From: the human T2T-CHM13v2.0 reference genome, Homo sapiens
Length of the DNA: 64,000 nt
Reading direction: 5' to 3' (one strand)
Assembly (NCBI RefSeq): GCF_009914755.1
Contig: NC_060930.1
The notes under the pieces were generated by a model. That model saw nothing but the letters and a program-made list of their open reading frames with translations, made no database searches and was not told the origin of the DNA. Of this stretch, positions 53,600-64,000 are shown one piece after another. The number at the start of each line of letters is the position of its first letter. The first letter of the stretch is position 1. A program made the translations under genes and the position numbers.

Positions 53600-53935
53600 A
53601 ACAGTAATAGCAACAGTTAATATGTATTGCGTGCTTACTGTATTCTAGGTGCCACGCCAAGCCCCTCAGGAACAGCGTCCCATGTAATCCCCATCATTAC
53701 TTTTTGGAGTAGACGTTTAGTTAATAAACACAGCATCAACTCTGTGCCAGATGTCATTCTAAGTGCTTTTAAAAGATAAATTCATTGAATCCTCATAACA
53801 GCCCAGTGAGATGATACTATCAACATCCTGGTTTGAGAGATATGATAACAAAGTTTAAATAACTTGTCAGAGCTGGACTTCAAACCGAGGCAGTGAGGTC
53901 TTCAAGTCTGCCCAGCCCACAGAAGCACTATTGTG
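53600..53935 (-). mobile_element. Two adjacent MIR fragments
   Basis: tattgcgtgcttactgtattctagg and ctctgtgccag...aatcctcataacagccc. Confidence 0.7.
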
Positions 53936-54802
53936 CCTCCATAAACAGCAATAGACGGCCCTTGGAAGGGTAGGTTTCAGGGCATAGAAATGAATCTCTG
54001 CTCATAAAAGAAATAGAACGGGGATGGGGGGCATGGATGAATGGCAATGCTTGGGGAAAGATCTGTGTGTGATGCTCACTCTTTCTCCCCATTAGGGCTA
54101 TGAGATAAGAGCAGAGATTCTCAAAACAACAGAATGGTCAAGCACACAGAGATGATGTGCCACAGATGGCCGAGCTGCCCCTGGGGTCTGGGAAGGAGAC
54201 AGGTGATGCTAACTCTCATGCTCCCAGGGAGCTGGGAGAGCAGGGGGCTTCTGAGACAGGCAGAAGCTGTTCCTCTTCTGCAGGCACAGTCCCAGGCGGG
54301 GCTCGGCCTCTGGACTCAAACCCATCTTCCGCACAGGTGCCAGGGTGATCCTGTGGGAACACCCATCTGATTATGTCACCATCCCTCAGCCGCCACCAAG
54401 AATACTCAATGGTTCCCATCACCTACCAGAAAAAATCTAAACCAGGCTGATCCCTCCCCTCTACTCGCCATCCCACCTAATGTTCTAAACTCTAGCCATG
54501 CTGTCCAGATGCACCCAGGGTGCTCTGCTGGCTGGGTGTGTGAGCAGGTGGATGTAAGTGTGAAAGCACACATATGTGTGTATGTGTGTGCTCATCTTTC
54601 CCTTGCTCCCTTCCGACCGCCCCAGTCCCACCCTCTGTTTCCACACCCCCTCCACCTCTTTCCTGCCAGCCCACCCTTTGGGTCTCAGTCACTTGGCACC
54701 TGCCAGTGAAGCCCTCCATGACTGTCCCCAAGCTGACTTAGATCTACCTCCATCTTTGCTCCTGGCACCCTTGGGGCCAAATTCTATGGCTTGTGAGTCA
54801 TG

Positions 54803-55020
54803 ATAAAATACACATGGCATAAGACTAACCATCGTAGCTGTTGTTGAGTATGCAGTTCTCTAAGATAAGTACATTCCCATCATTATGCCATCTCCAGAAC
54901 TCTTTGCATCTTGCCACATGGAAACTCTGCACCCACCAAACTCTAACCCCCAGTGCCCCCTTCCCCCAGCCCCTGGAAACCACCAGTCTACTTTCTATCT
55001 CTAGGAATTTGACTATATCT
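54803..55020 (-). mobile_element. L1MB 3' end
   Basis: ccatctccagaactc...ccccagcccctggaaaccaccagtctactttctatctct. Confidence 0.85.
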
Positions 55021-55699
55021 CCACCACCTCCCCTTTTAAATTGTGTCAGAGTTGTGTCATGGGTATAATATCAGAGTACACTTTTCCATATTATTTTTAT
55101 TTTAAACAATCTTAGATCCCACTCTGATCTCCCAACCTTCTGGGGCAGCAGACATCCCTGCACCATCATTAACAAGCCTACTGGCCCAGGGGAACTGTGC
55201 AGATCACCAAAGAGCTGGAAAGCCCCCTCCACTCGCTGGCCATTGTCAGTCCTTTCTGGTCCCCAGAGTCCGGCATGGTCCCAGCCCACATGGGCCTCAG
55301 GGCCAGTGGCCTCTCTGCCTCAGGTTCACGTCTAGGGAGTCTGGGGTGAAGCTGGAACCCCCAGTGCCTCCCCAGCCTCTCCAGGGCTGCTACACCCACA
55401 CCTTTGAGACCTTTCCAAGAGGCCTCACCTTTCTGTCCTCCTCCCTCCCTTCCTTGGTCACCCTCAAAGCCTTCATGCTCAGCCTCGTGCCCCGGGAGTC
55501 ACCTCTCTTGCATCCTGCTGCCCTCAGAGCCTGCTGACATCATTTTTTTCAAAGAGCTTGGGACTTCTACAAAAGCCTTTGACTTCAAGCAGCTTGTTTT
55601 CAGCCCTGAAAATATCCTGAAGCAAGGACAGGCAAAGGGCCTGTCTACCTGTTGGTCACGGGGAACGTAAAAATAGAGCAAATTACAAAACAATAACTC

Positions 55700-55870
55700 A
55701 AAAGATTATTCTGCCATATTGATACGTTTTTATACTCTTCTCCCTACTGGACTGGAAATAGCTTTAGAAATGAGTGGTGTCTCTGCTTTATCTCTCTAAC
55801 ACCTCTACAATCAAGTAGCTTCTCAGTAAATGTGATAGATGTGTACGAACAAATGCATGAATTAATGTAA
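55700..55870 (+). mobile_element. L2 3' end
   Basis: cttctccctactggactgg...ctcagtaaatgt...atgaattaatg. Confidence 0.55.
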
Positions 55871-56644
55871 CTCAGGATTTTTCAGCCACAGACGTCTCCC
55901 CTTTCATACGTACACAGATACACAGAGGACCCACTCCTGAGCTCAGGCAGGAAATATTGGAAGCGTAATCCTACTAACTATAATATTTATTTTACACTTA
56001 GATTTTCCTGACTAAAAAAGTATACACAATTCCAGAATTTACAATAATAGAAGAATCTACTTTATTTCAATATCTTAGTTTGTGGGGAGAAAGAAAAGGC
56101 AGAGATACCCTATGGTCTTCTTGCTCTGCAAGGCAGCCTAAACTCACTGCTCCCATGACACGGCTTAGAATTAGTTCTCTGCAACCTGGAAGTAACCTGG
56201 AAATGGGAGCAGAACTCACATGTTATTCCTATGGGGCCATGCTCCGGGAAAGAGTAATAAGAGAGAGAGGAGAGAATGAATTCATAAGTAAAGGATTTCA
56301 CGTCCAGCTTGGGAGAAAAAGCCACAGAAGCACAAGGGCACCAGGCTACACCACAGCCAATGAAGACCTGCTGTTTGATGTGCCCAGCTGGGAGACTGGG
56401 AAGCCACAGTGTCCTGGGAACCTGGGCCAGTTCTGATAGAAAGAAAGCTCCACCGTGCTGCTGGGCTCCGTGGAGAAACTCAGCTCCTGCAGCGGAGCAG
56501 CGTCCAGACGGGACTCTCCAGCCAGCCATCTGTAATGGCCAGCCCTAATAACTGACCCCTGATTCATCTTCTCCTATTCACTTCAAAGGACACCCCATGA
56601 CAGAAAGAGACAAAAGGCCGTCGAGGGGACTTGGGGGAAGGGAG

Positions 56645-56780
56645 GGAACTGGCTAAATAATTAGCCCTGCAACCTTCAAAGTCCTCTATAATCATTAATT
56701 AATCCACCCAACTGGGATCGGTGGGCAGATGGGCGCTCACCGCCGGCCCTGACACGCCCACTGCTAAATGGAGCCTGGGG
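56645..56780. promoter_or_regulatory. Candidate developmental enhancer (homeodomain/TCF/E-box cluster)
   Basis: GGCTAAATAATTAGCC 56651-56666, CTTCAAAG 56674-56681, TAATCATTAATTAATCC 56689-56705, CAGATG 56726-56731. Confidence 0.4.
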
Positions 56781-57689
56781 GTTGAGCAAATGCACACAGG
56801 AGCAGAGGGGCCACCTGAGGGGAGAGGGACCAAGCCCCCAGGGCTCTGGCTTTGAGATTTGCCGTGAATAAAAATCTACGGATAACCTGAGTGAGGTGGC
56901 ACAAAGGAATCAGGAAGCTTTTGAGAGAGAATCCACCCTAAGGCTGGGGGAAATAGAAGCAGTGGGTGGGCTTCTACTCCAAAGGCCAGGTATTAAAGGG
57001 TCAGGGTTCTGAAACTGCAAAGAGACTGCCCCCATATGAGTATATCTGAACCCTTGCCGTGGGTAACCCCTCCTGAGAACTGCCTCCTGAGACCATGAAG
57101 ACCACTGCCCGGATCCCACCAGCAGAGGTAACGGCAGCAGCTACTGCCCTGAGCAGAATCCCTGAAGCCACCCAGGGCAGATGTGCGGGATGGGGGACCC
57201 ATGTTCAAATCGCAGGGCTTCGAAGACCCACTGCATGCTTTACTATGGATCCCATCACTGTGAACTTGGCCGTCTGGGGAGATATAAAATTGTTCCGTCT
57301 ACACCTTTTTGACTAGGTCTCCCATCCACCAATGTACGGTTTGTGCAATATGATAAACTAAAATAAGGATGCAGTTTAAGATTTATTACCCAAAAATGAG
57401 CTCACACTTCTCAATTCTTTATTTCTATCAATGCTTAGGAAGGAAAATGAGCGGTGAGATCAAGATGTCACCGGGGAGACAAACCACTGATTTCTCAAGA
57501 TGCACAAGTGGTTGGTTATCCACCCCAGCAAATTCACAGAAATGCCTGACCCTGGGGCATGCATTTCCCAAACTCAATTTCAATGTCTTAAAACTGTTTG
57601 GACTTGAGGATAGTGAGCCATGCTAGCAAAACTTATAAGAAACTGATATGTTAACAACACAATGAATTAACATTACGATTATGATCACG

Positions 57690-57900
57690 GCTGAAGACTT
57701 ACTGTGGGTCAGGCATTCAGCAGGACACTTTTCTGCATTATGTGTGCTTTTCCTTGTTTCTCATGTCTACCCATACCTATGAGATAGTGACTCTTCTCAT
57801 CCTCATTTTTCAGAAGTGGAAGCTGAGCTCCAGGTCTCACATATTGTAAATGGCAGAGCCATTTTTCAAACTCAGGAACCACTTCTCCATTTACGTTTTG
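57690..57900 (-). mobile_element. MIR SINE
   Basis: cttactgtgggtcaggca...cctcatttttcagaagtggaagctgag...taaatggcagagcc. Confidence 0.7.
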
Positions 57901-58304
57901 GCCATTCCTCTCTGTTGCCAAGACAAGCATAAGTGCCAAGCCATCAAGAAAAGCCCTGTCCTATGCTTTCTCTGCACAGGCAGATTTTCGGAAGGGTGCT
58001 CACTGAGGCTGGAATCCAAACGCGGGGAGCACTGTGATGTGAGTCTCTCAGGGCCTCCCTCGGTGGCTGGATGTACCTGCCAGGCTATCCCTCTCAGAGC
58101 ACCTTCCCTCTGAAGCCCAGGGGGTCCTGTCCAGGCTGCTTTGGGATGCTCCCTGTTCTGTTTTCCTGATGCAGGCTGGAAAACCCCCAACATAGCCATG
58201 TGCAACCCTTAAGTTCCACTAGGTGCTGGCCTTCTGTCTCTTTGAGAAGACTTTGAAAATCTGTGTTCTAATCTAATCTGTGCTCAAAAGGTGGGAGATA
58301 ATGG

Positions 58305-58452
58305 ATGATTCCACTTATATGAGGTCCATAGCAATAGACCAATTCATACAGAGATAGAACAGAATAGAGGTTACCAGAGACTGAGAGGTGACGGGAATAG
58401 GGACTTGTTGTTTAATGGGTACAGAGTTTCTATTGGGGATGATGAAAAAGTT

Positions 58453-58500
<48 letters not shown>

Positions 58501-58626
58501 CGGTGATGGTTACCCAGCATTGTGAATGGATTTAATGCTACTGAACTGTGCCTTTATGAATGCTTATGAATGCTTAAAATGATACATCTTATGATATTTT
58601 TACCATAATAAAAAGATAAATAAATA
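58305..58626 (+). mobile_element. L1MB 3' end (copy 1)
   Basis: gattccacttatatgagg...gtttaatgggtacagagtttc...ttttaccataataaaaa. Confidence 0.88.
58453..58500. repeat. Perfect (ATAG)12 tetranucleotide STR
   Basis: Direct count of 12 units. Confidence 0.98.
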
Positions 58627-58995
58627 ACATCTGATATATGCTGCAACACAGATATACCTTAAAGACATCATGCTAGGTGAAATAAGCCAGACACAGAAGG
58701 ACAAATACTGTGTGACTGCACTTATGTGAGATACCTAGAGTGGTCATATATTTCTAGAGACAGAACGTGGAATGGTGGTTTCCAGGGGCTGGGGGAAGAA
58801 GAGAATGAGGAGTTGGTGTTTCATAGGTATGGAGTTTCAGTTAGGGATGATGAAAAAATACCCAGAGCTGGATGGTGGTGATGGTTGCACAAGGTTATGA
58901 ATGCGCTCAATGTCACTGAAATGTACATTTTAAATGGTTAGAATGGTAAATTTTATGTTATGTATATTTTACTCCAATGAACAATTTTTAATAAA
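58627..58995 (+). mobile_element. L1MB 3' end (copy 2)
   Basis: atgctaggtgaaataagccagacacagaaggacaaatactgt...aatggtaaattttatgttatgtatatttt. Confidence 0.9.
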
Positions 58996-61049
58996 TGAGG
59001 AAGAAGGCATTTTGCCCCACACACCCTCTAAAAAGAGTCTCCTTTGTAACGGGGGCTCAGGAGTCCCAAAGCTGAGACACGGCGAGTCCCCTCCACAGGC
59101 CTCCAGCTGCTGGAGGGGTACCTCACAATTCTGAGGATGTAACTAGGCAGGACACAGAGCTGAGGAGGGGTAGGTTCTTGTGGGGCTTCCAGATGCCTCC
59201 CAGTGTCTCCACAGGATTGGCTGTGTGTGGCGTCCCTCTGCCCAGGGCTACTACCTCTGTTTTCCTGGCTCAGCCAGCGAGCTAAGGAGCTGTGTCATTG
59301 GTGGCTGTTGGGGTCCTGCTCTGGGCTACCTGACAGCTCCAGAAGTGTCCATTTGCTTCCATTACCAATATCCCTGCTTTTAGAAAACTCAATATTCCTG
59401 ATGCTCAATTCACAAACAGAGAAGTCATGATTGCAATACTCCAGGGTTTCGAAAAAAAATCAGACATATTGATAAAGATATAACAATACATATTTTTTAA
59501 ATGTCCACATTCCATTTCTCAAGAGCATGCATTTCTCATGAAGTAAGATGCACTGACACTTCTCCCAGGGCTCCAAGGACAATACTCACTGCCACTTTTC
59601 CAGCCCAGAGCACTCAGCAGGCCACCTTCACATCCCTCCCTCTACTGGGTGACTTGCAGACTCTGAGCCTCCTCCAGGACCTTTGGAACTACCTGGCTTC
59701 CCCCTCTGGGAGCAGCTCTCAAAGCAGGGTCCCCCAGCCCTTTCTAGAAGAGGACCTTTCTCAAAACCCTGTTGAGAAAACAGCCAGTCCCCGGGAGGCC
59801 TGCTGTCCTCTCAGCAGTCAGCACAGGTGAACAGGGACTGCAGCAGGTGTCTGCGTGACTTTGTCATTGACAAGCACATCCAGCAGTGCCTTGAGACCTG
59901 CTCAGAAAGTTATCTGCTGATACCATCCCTGTGGACACCTCCAGGAGCTGCCAGGGGATACTCAGCCCCAGCCACGTCCAAGTGCAGCCAGAAGCCTGCC
60001 CAGGCCAGTGCGTTGGAGTTGTGAGTGATCCTGCTTCCTGACAAGGGCCAGCTGGGCTCCCCCAGCCTCCTGGTCTCCAGACTCCCTGGGCTCAGCCTCC
60101 TGTGGCACTCCTGAGCTTCAGAGAGGGCTGGTTCTGTGACTGGAGCTGTCAGCTGCAGAGATACTGCAGAGACACCTTTTAAAATTCATGGCCTTACTCT
60201 TCAGAGTTCAGAAACAGATCAGACTCCAAGATGAAAGCGTGGTTTACCCTTTCCCTGGTCCTGCCAGCCCCTTCCCATCTCCCATTCCACCCTCCTTTCC
60301 ATGTCTCCTTCCCGCAGCTTTCCTTCCCCATTGTCCTCCAGGATATTTTGCATTTATCCTAGTTCTTAATCCACCTGCTTTCATCAACCAAAGCCAAAAG
60401 AACACTCCTTTGTTTCCAAAAAGAACATTCGCTCAGCTCGCAATGCAGGCCTGACTCTCAAAGGTATCTCCCTTTGTCAGGTAGGAAGGGCCACGAAAGG
60501 TGTGGCTGGGCAAAGGAGATAGAGCAGAGTTTTGAACTGAAAAGGAGGTGGGCGGCAAGGGGTGCAGTTCTCCTTTTTTTTCCAAGAAAGGCATTTGCTG
60601 AAGGGCCATCCACCTGAGTCGGGGGGGTGGGGGCGATCCAGGGGCGGGGCAGACAGGCTGGCAGCAGCAGCACATCCTGCCAAGATGAAAGAGCGATGTG
60701 TTTGCTTCTTGCCGCGAGTATAAGCAACAACAGAGATCCTCTCAGGAGAATTCCATCCCCAGACATCTCCTTGCAGCATCTCCCCTGTTGGGCCTTTACT
60801 AAGAGGCAGCACCTAGTGTCCTCACTGATGTGGGCACCAGGAAAGCTCGCTCTCCTCCCAGACACAGGCTGCCACACTCAAGGCACAGAGACTCTTCGCA
60901 GCCACAAGAAGTAAATGGAAGAGAAGCAAAGCCTGCTGACTTCAGGGGCATGGACCCAGTGGCCAGGATGACATGTCCAAGCCACAGAGGGAGAGTCTGC
61001 CCTGGGAATGAATGATTCCTTTTGGAAGGAATGATGGATAACACTTATC

Positions 61050-61790
61050 AAGAATTTATCTGTACCTGACACAGTTCTAAATTCTTCACCTATATCAGCT
61101 CACTTAACCCACAAAGCAACCTTATGTAGTACATCTCATTAGCCCCACGGTTAATCTGATGCACCAACTTGGCTAGGCCATGGGACCCAGATATTTGGTC
61201 AAACACCAGTGTAGGTATTGCTGTGCAGGTAATTTTTAGATGAGATTAACATTTACATCCGTAGTCTTTGAGCAAAGCAGGTTACCCTGAATAATGTGGG
61301 TGGGCCTCATCCAGTCAGTGGAAGGCCTTAAGAGAAATGACTGAGGACCCCTGGGGAAGAGAGAACCTGCTTCAGAATACCTTCCCACTGGAACGCCATC
61401 AACTCCTCCCTGGGTCTCCAGCCTGCCCTGAACGTTTTGGACTTGCTAGTCTCCACAATCGCTTGAGCCAGTTTCTTAAAATAAATCTTCTTCTCCTCCT
61501 TCTCCTTCTCTAGTTCTTCTTTTTCTTTTCTCTTCTCGTCTCTTTTCTCTTCTCTTCTTCTTTTTTCTCTCCCTCTCTCATTCTCTCTCTCCACCCCACC
61601 CCCCACCCCCAACCTGTTGGTTCTGTTTCTCTGGAGAATCCTAATACACCTTACCTTACAGATGAGGAAACTGAGGTGCAAAGCAGTCAGCTGTTTTGCC
61701 CAAGATCTTGAGGCCAGTGAGTGTCCCAGGCAGGACTAGAATGCATGCTGCCTGGCCCCAGACCTGGCTCAGGTAACCAGACAGCCTGCT
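61050..61790 (-). mobile_element. MIR split by an MLT2 LTR
   Basis: The MIR tail stops at attagccc and resumes with ttacagatgaggaaactgagg after 61648. Confidence 0.75.
61146..61648 (+). mobile_element. MLT2C/D ERVL solo LTR with CT-rich expansion
   Basis: ggttaat...caacttggctaggccatgg...atgtgggtgggcctcatcc...ttggttctgtttctctggagaatcctaataca. Confidence 0.88.
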
Positions 61791-61796
61791 GCTTCC

Positions 61797-61830
61797 CTCA
61801 GCCACAGGAAGTGGCTCAGCCACAGGAAGT
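61797..61830. repeat. Perfect 16-bp direct repeat with an 18-bp period, each copy containing an ETS site
   Basis: ctcagccacaggaagt at 61797-61812 and 61815-61830. Confidence 0.9.
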
Positions 61831-61964
61831 CACAGCTACCTCTCCATTCACAAACCAAAGAAGGTAGGAGGTGGAAGGAAAATGCATTAAAAGTAAAATT
61901 CAGCTGGGTCAATGGACAAGGACAGGATATAGACTATAAAACCAATGATATTTGTTTTCATTCT

Positions 61965-62100
61965 AGGCTTTATTTTGATATCTGTGACCTTAAGTGTGAT
62001 TTACATCTCTCTGAGCCTCCATTTTCCTGATATGCAAAATACCATAAAAACTTTGCAAGGCTACTGAGGGATTAAATGGGATAATTTTATGTGCAAATAA
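61965..62100 (+). mobile_element. MIR SINE
   Basis: ctgtgacctt...ctctctgagcctccattttcc...gaggg attaaatgggataat. Confidence 0.7.
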
Positions 62101-62819
62101 TATTTCCCAGGATATGAGTGAAATCACGTGGCTTGTGTGATTAAGACAACTGTTCCAAATTCTAGTGGCCTAAGTCCCCACTTGCTTGACTTACAAGAGA
62201 TCCAGGTATTTACAGAAATAAATAACTCTCTCCAATAAGTTTCAGGTCCTCAAAGCTGCCAACCTGTGCCCCTGCTGCCCGTGTTCTCATCCCAGGGGTG
62301 GGGTCCCAACCATCTGAGTCCTCAGGGCCAGACAGTATAGCAGTCCCTTTCACGGAGCTCTCATCCACCTTGAGTTCCAATTGCTGATCAAAGCAATGCC
62401 CAGAGCAAAGCTGCACCCCCAGCAGGTGAAGGCTGGGCTACAAAGTGGGGTTCACTGCCCAGACCCTCCCCCTCTGGGCCAGCTAAGCATATCAGAACCC
62501 CTCTTGCTCATAGTGATGACTCACCAGGACCTCCCCTCCCTGTTCCCCATCGCTACCCACCCATCCATCAGATCTGTCACTGTACCCAAAGCCTAATGGT
62601 GAATGGGACTCGTGTGTTTCTCTCTCAGAGGGCTTCTCCAGCCCCCATGGAAATAAACATGTACAAAAGGACGTGAAGAAGAAAGAAGCTTCACCAGTAA
62701 CATCTCTGTACAGATCCTACCAGGCTGAAAGAACAAAAAGCCTAGCTGTGGGGTGGTTGTTTTGCTTTTTGGTTTTGTTTTCACTGTGGTTTGTGTCACA
62801 TGTTAAAGATGTCCCATGT

Positions 62820-63035
62820 GTCAGGAACAATCGCAAAGTACTTGACCTGCTTTATCTCATTCAGTCGTTCCAATGCCTCTGTTGTTGTGTCATTAGTGTT
62901 TCCATTTTATGGATGAAGAAAGCTGAGGCTTAAAGAAGAGAAGTAACATTTCACTGCCTCACAAATAGTGACAGAGCCAACATACAAACCTAGGCTTGTC
63001 TGGCCCCAGAGCCCTCATCCTTAACCACCACACTG
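62820..63035 (-). mobile_element. MIR SINE
   Basis: ccattttatggatgaagaaagctgaggctt...agtgacagagcc...cttaaccaccacact. Confidence 0.8.
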
Positions 63036-64000
63036 CACCTTTGTAAAGGGCACAACTATTTGTGTCTAACAAATATTAGTTATCTTTTCTAAGAGCCAAG
63101 AGACATTTGTTCTATCCCAACTCTGTCTCTCAGAAGTCAAATGGCTCAGCTTCCACATTTGTAAAAAAGAGAGAACTAAAGTAGAAAATTCTAATTGTTT
63201 CCTGAAGCTCTAAAAAGCTACAATCCTAAGAATTAGTGGCCAGAGACCCTAAGCTGCTTAATACATTTATACCACATCCTCCTCAGCTGGTACTCGGCAT
63301 TGAGGAAAATTCTTAGAAACAGAAATAAACAAAAATATTAAGCATAAGCCGTCATCAGATTTACATGTTATGCTGCAAAATTTATTGTTCTGTTCCTTTT
63401 CCTTTAAATGGGAACATTTAGGTCAAGGATATATCGTCATAATATCTCTGAGATGGGAGCTATGAGTGACTGGGCAAACAGATTTCCGATTCTAAGAATC
63501 TTCTCTGAAATCAGATGCTTGATAATGTGAATATTAAAATTCCCCCTTCACCCAATAACAATGTGGAAAAACATCTGTCCTTTTTGTTTTAAAATAAACA
63601 TTGAGAATCTCTCTTTTAAAAATGGTAGAAATAATCATGAAACTAAGTATAACCACAAGAAAAAGTATTTGAGAAGAACTGAAAGACTAAGGGAGAAACT
63701 TGATATAATGTCCATCTCCTTGTACTTATCCTCTTCCTTTTAGCTTAATGCCACCTCCTTCATGAACACAGAATTGGAACCCACAACGGATGAGGTCTTG
63801 GCCTCACGTATGGGTAAAGCCTCATGTAAAAATAAACAGAGAGGAAATGCTGACGATGCCTGTCACTCCACTCGGATCAATTCACTTCAACATGCTCATT
63901 GCTCCATTTCATTTCCTACACCTTGGCCTTGCACACTCTTGCCATGCAAGGGCCGACTCCCAATAGGGAGTTGATTGTTTTGTTTAGGAATTCCAGAGCA

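Overview
Primate non-coding DNA, most likely human: it contains AluJ/S/Y elements, MER85, LTR10, MLT2A and MST. It looks like a gene-poor intergenic or deep-intronic stretch, and I cannot place the locus from sequence alone. No protein-coding gene, tRNA, rRNA or CRISPR array is supported. The supplied ORFs are chance ORFs or decayed transposon protein (L1 ORF1p/ORF2p, L2 RT, Alu-derived). A large share of the window is interspersed repeat, often nested, and many insertions have readable target-site duplications (TSDs). The rest is unique sequence that is AT-rich on the left and visibly more GC-rich from about 45 kb, with several motif-dense candidate enhancers or promoters. I find no convincing evidence of a new biological system. 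The best leads are: (1) a ~68-nt pre-miRNA-shaped hairpin at 25028-25095 that coincides almost exactly with a well-formed minus-strand candidate exon; (2) a complete MER85 piggyBac MITE with the CSB-PGBD3 palindrome; (3) an inverted Alu pair whose AluY deletion starts where the partner monomer starts; (4) solo LTR10 and MLT2A LTRs with known regulatory motifs; (5) homeodomain/TCF/POU motif clusters. Subfamily names are recalled from consensus sequences and boundaries are by eye; both need RepeatMasker/Dfam confirmation.
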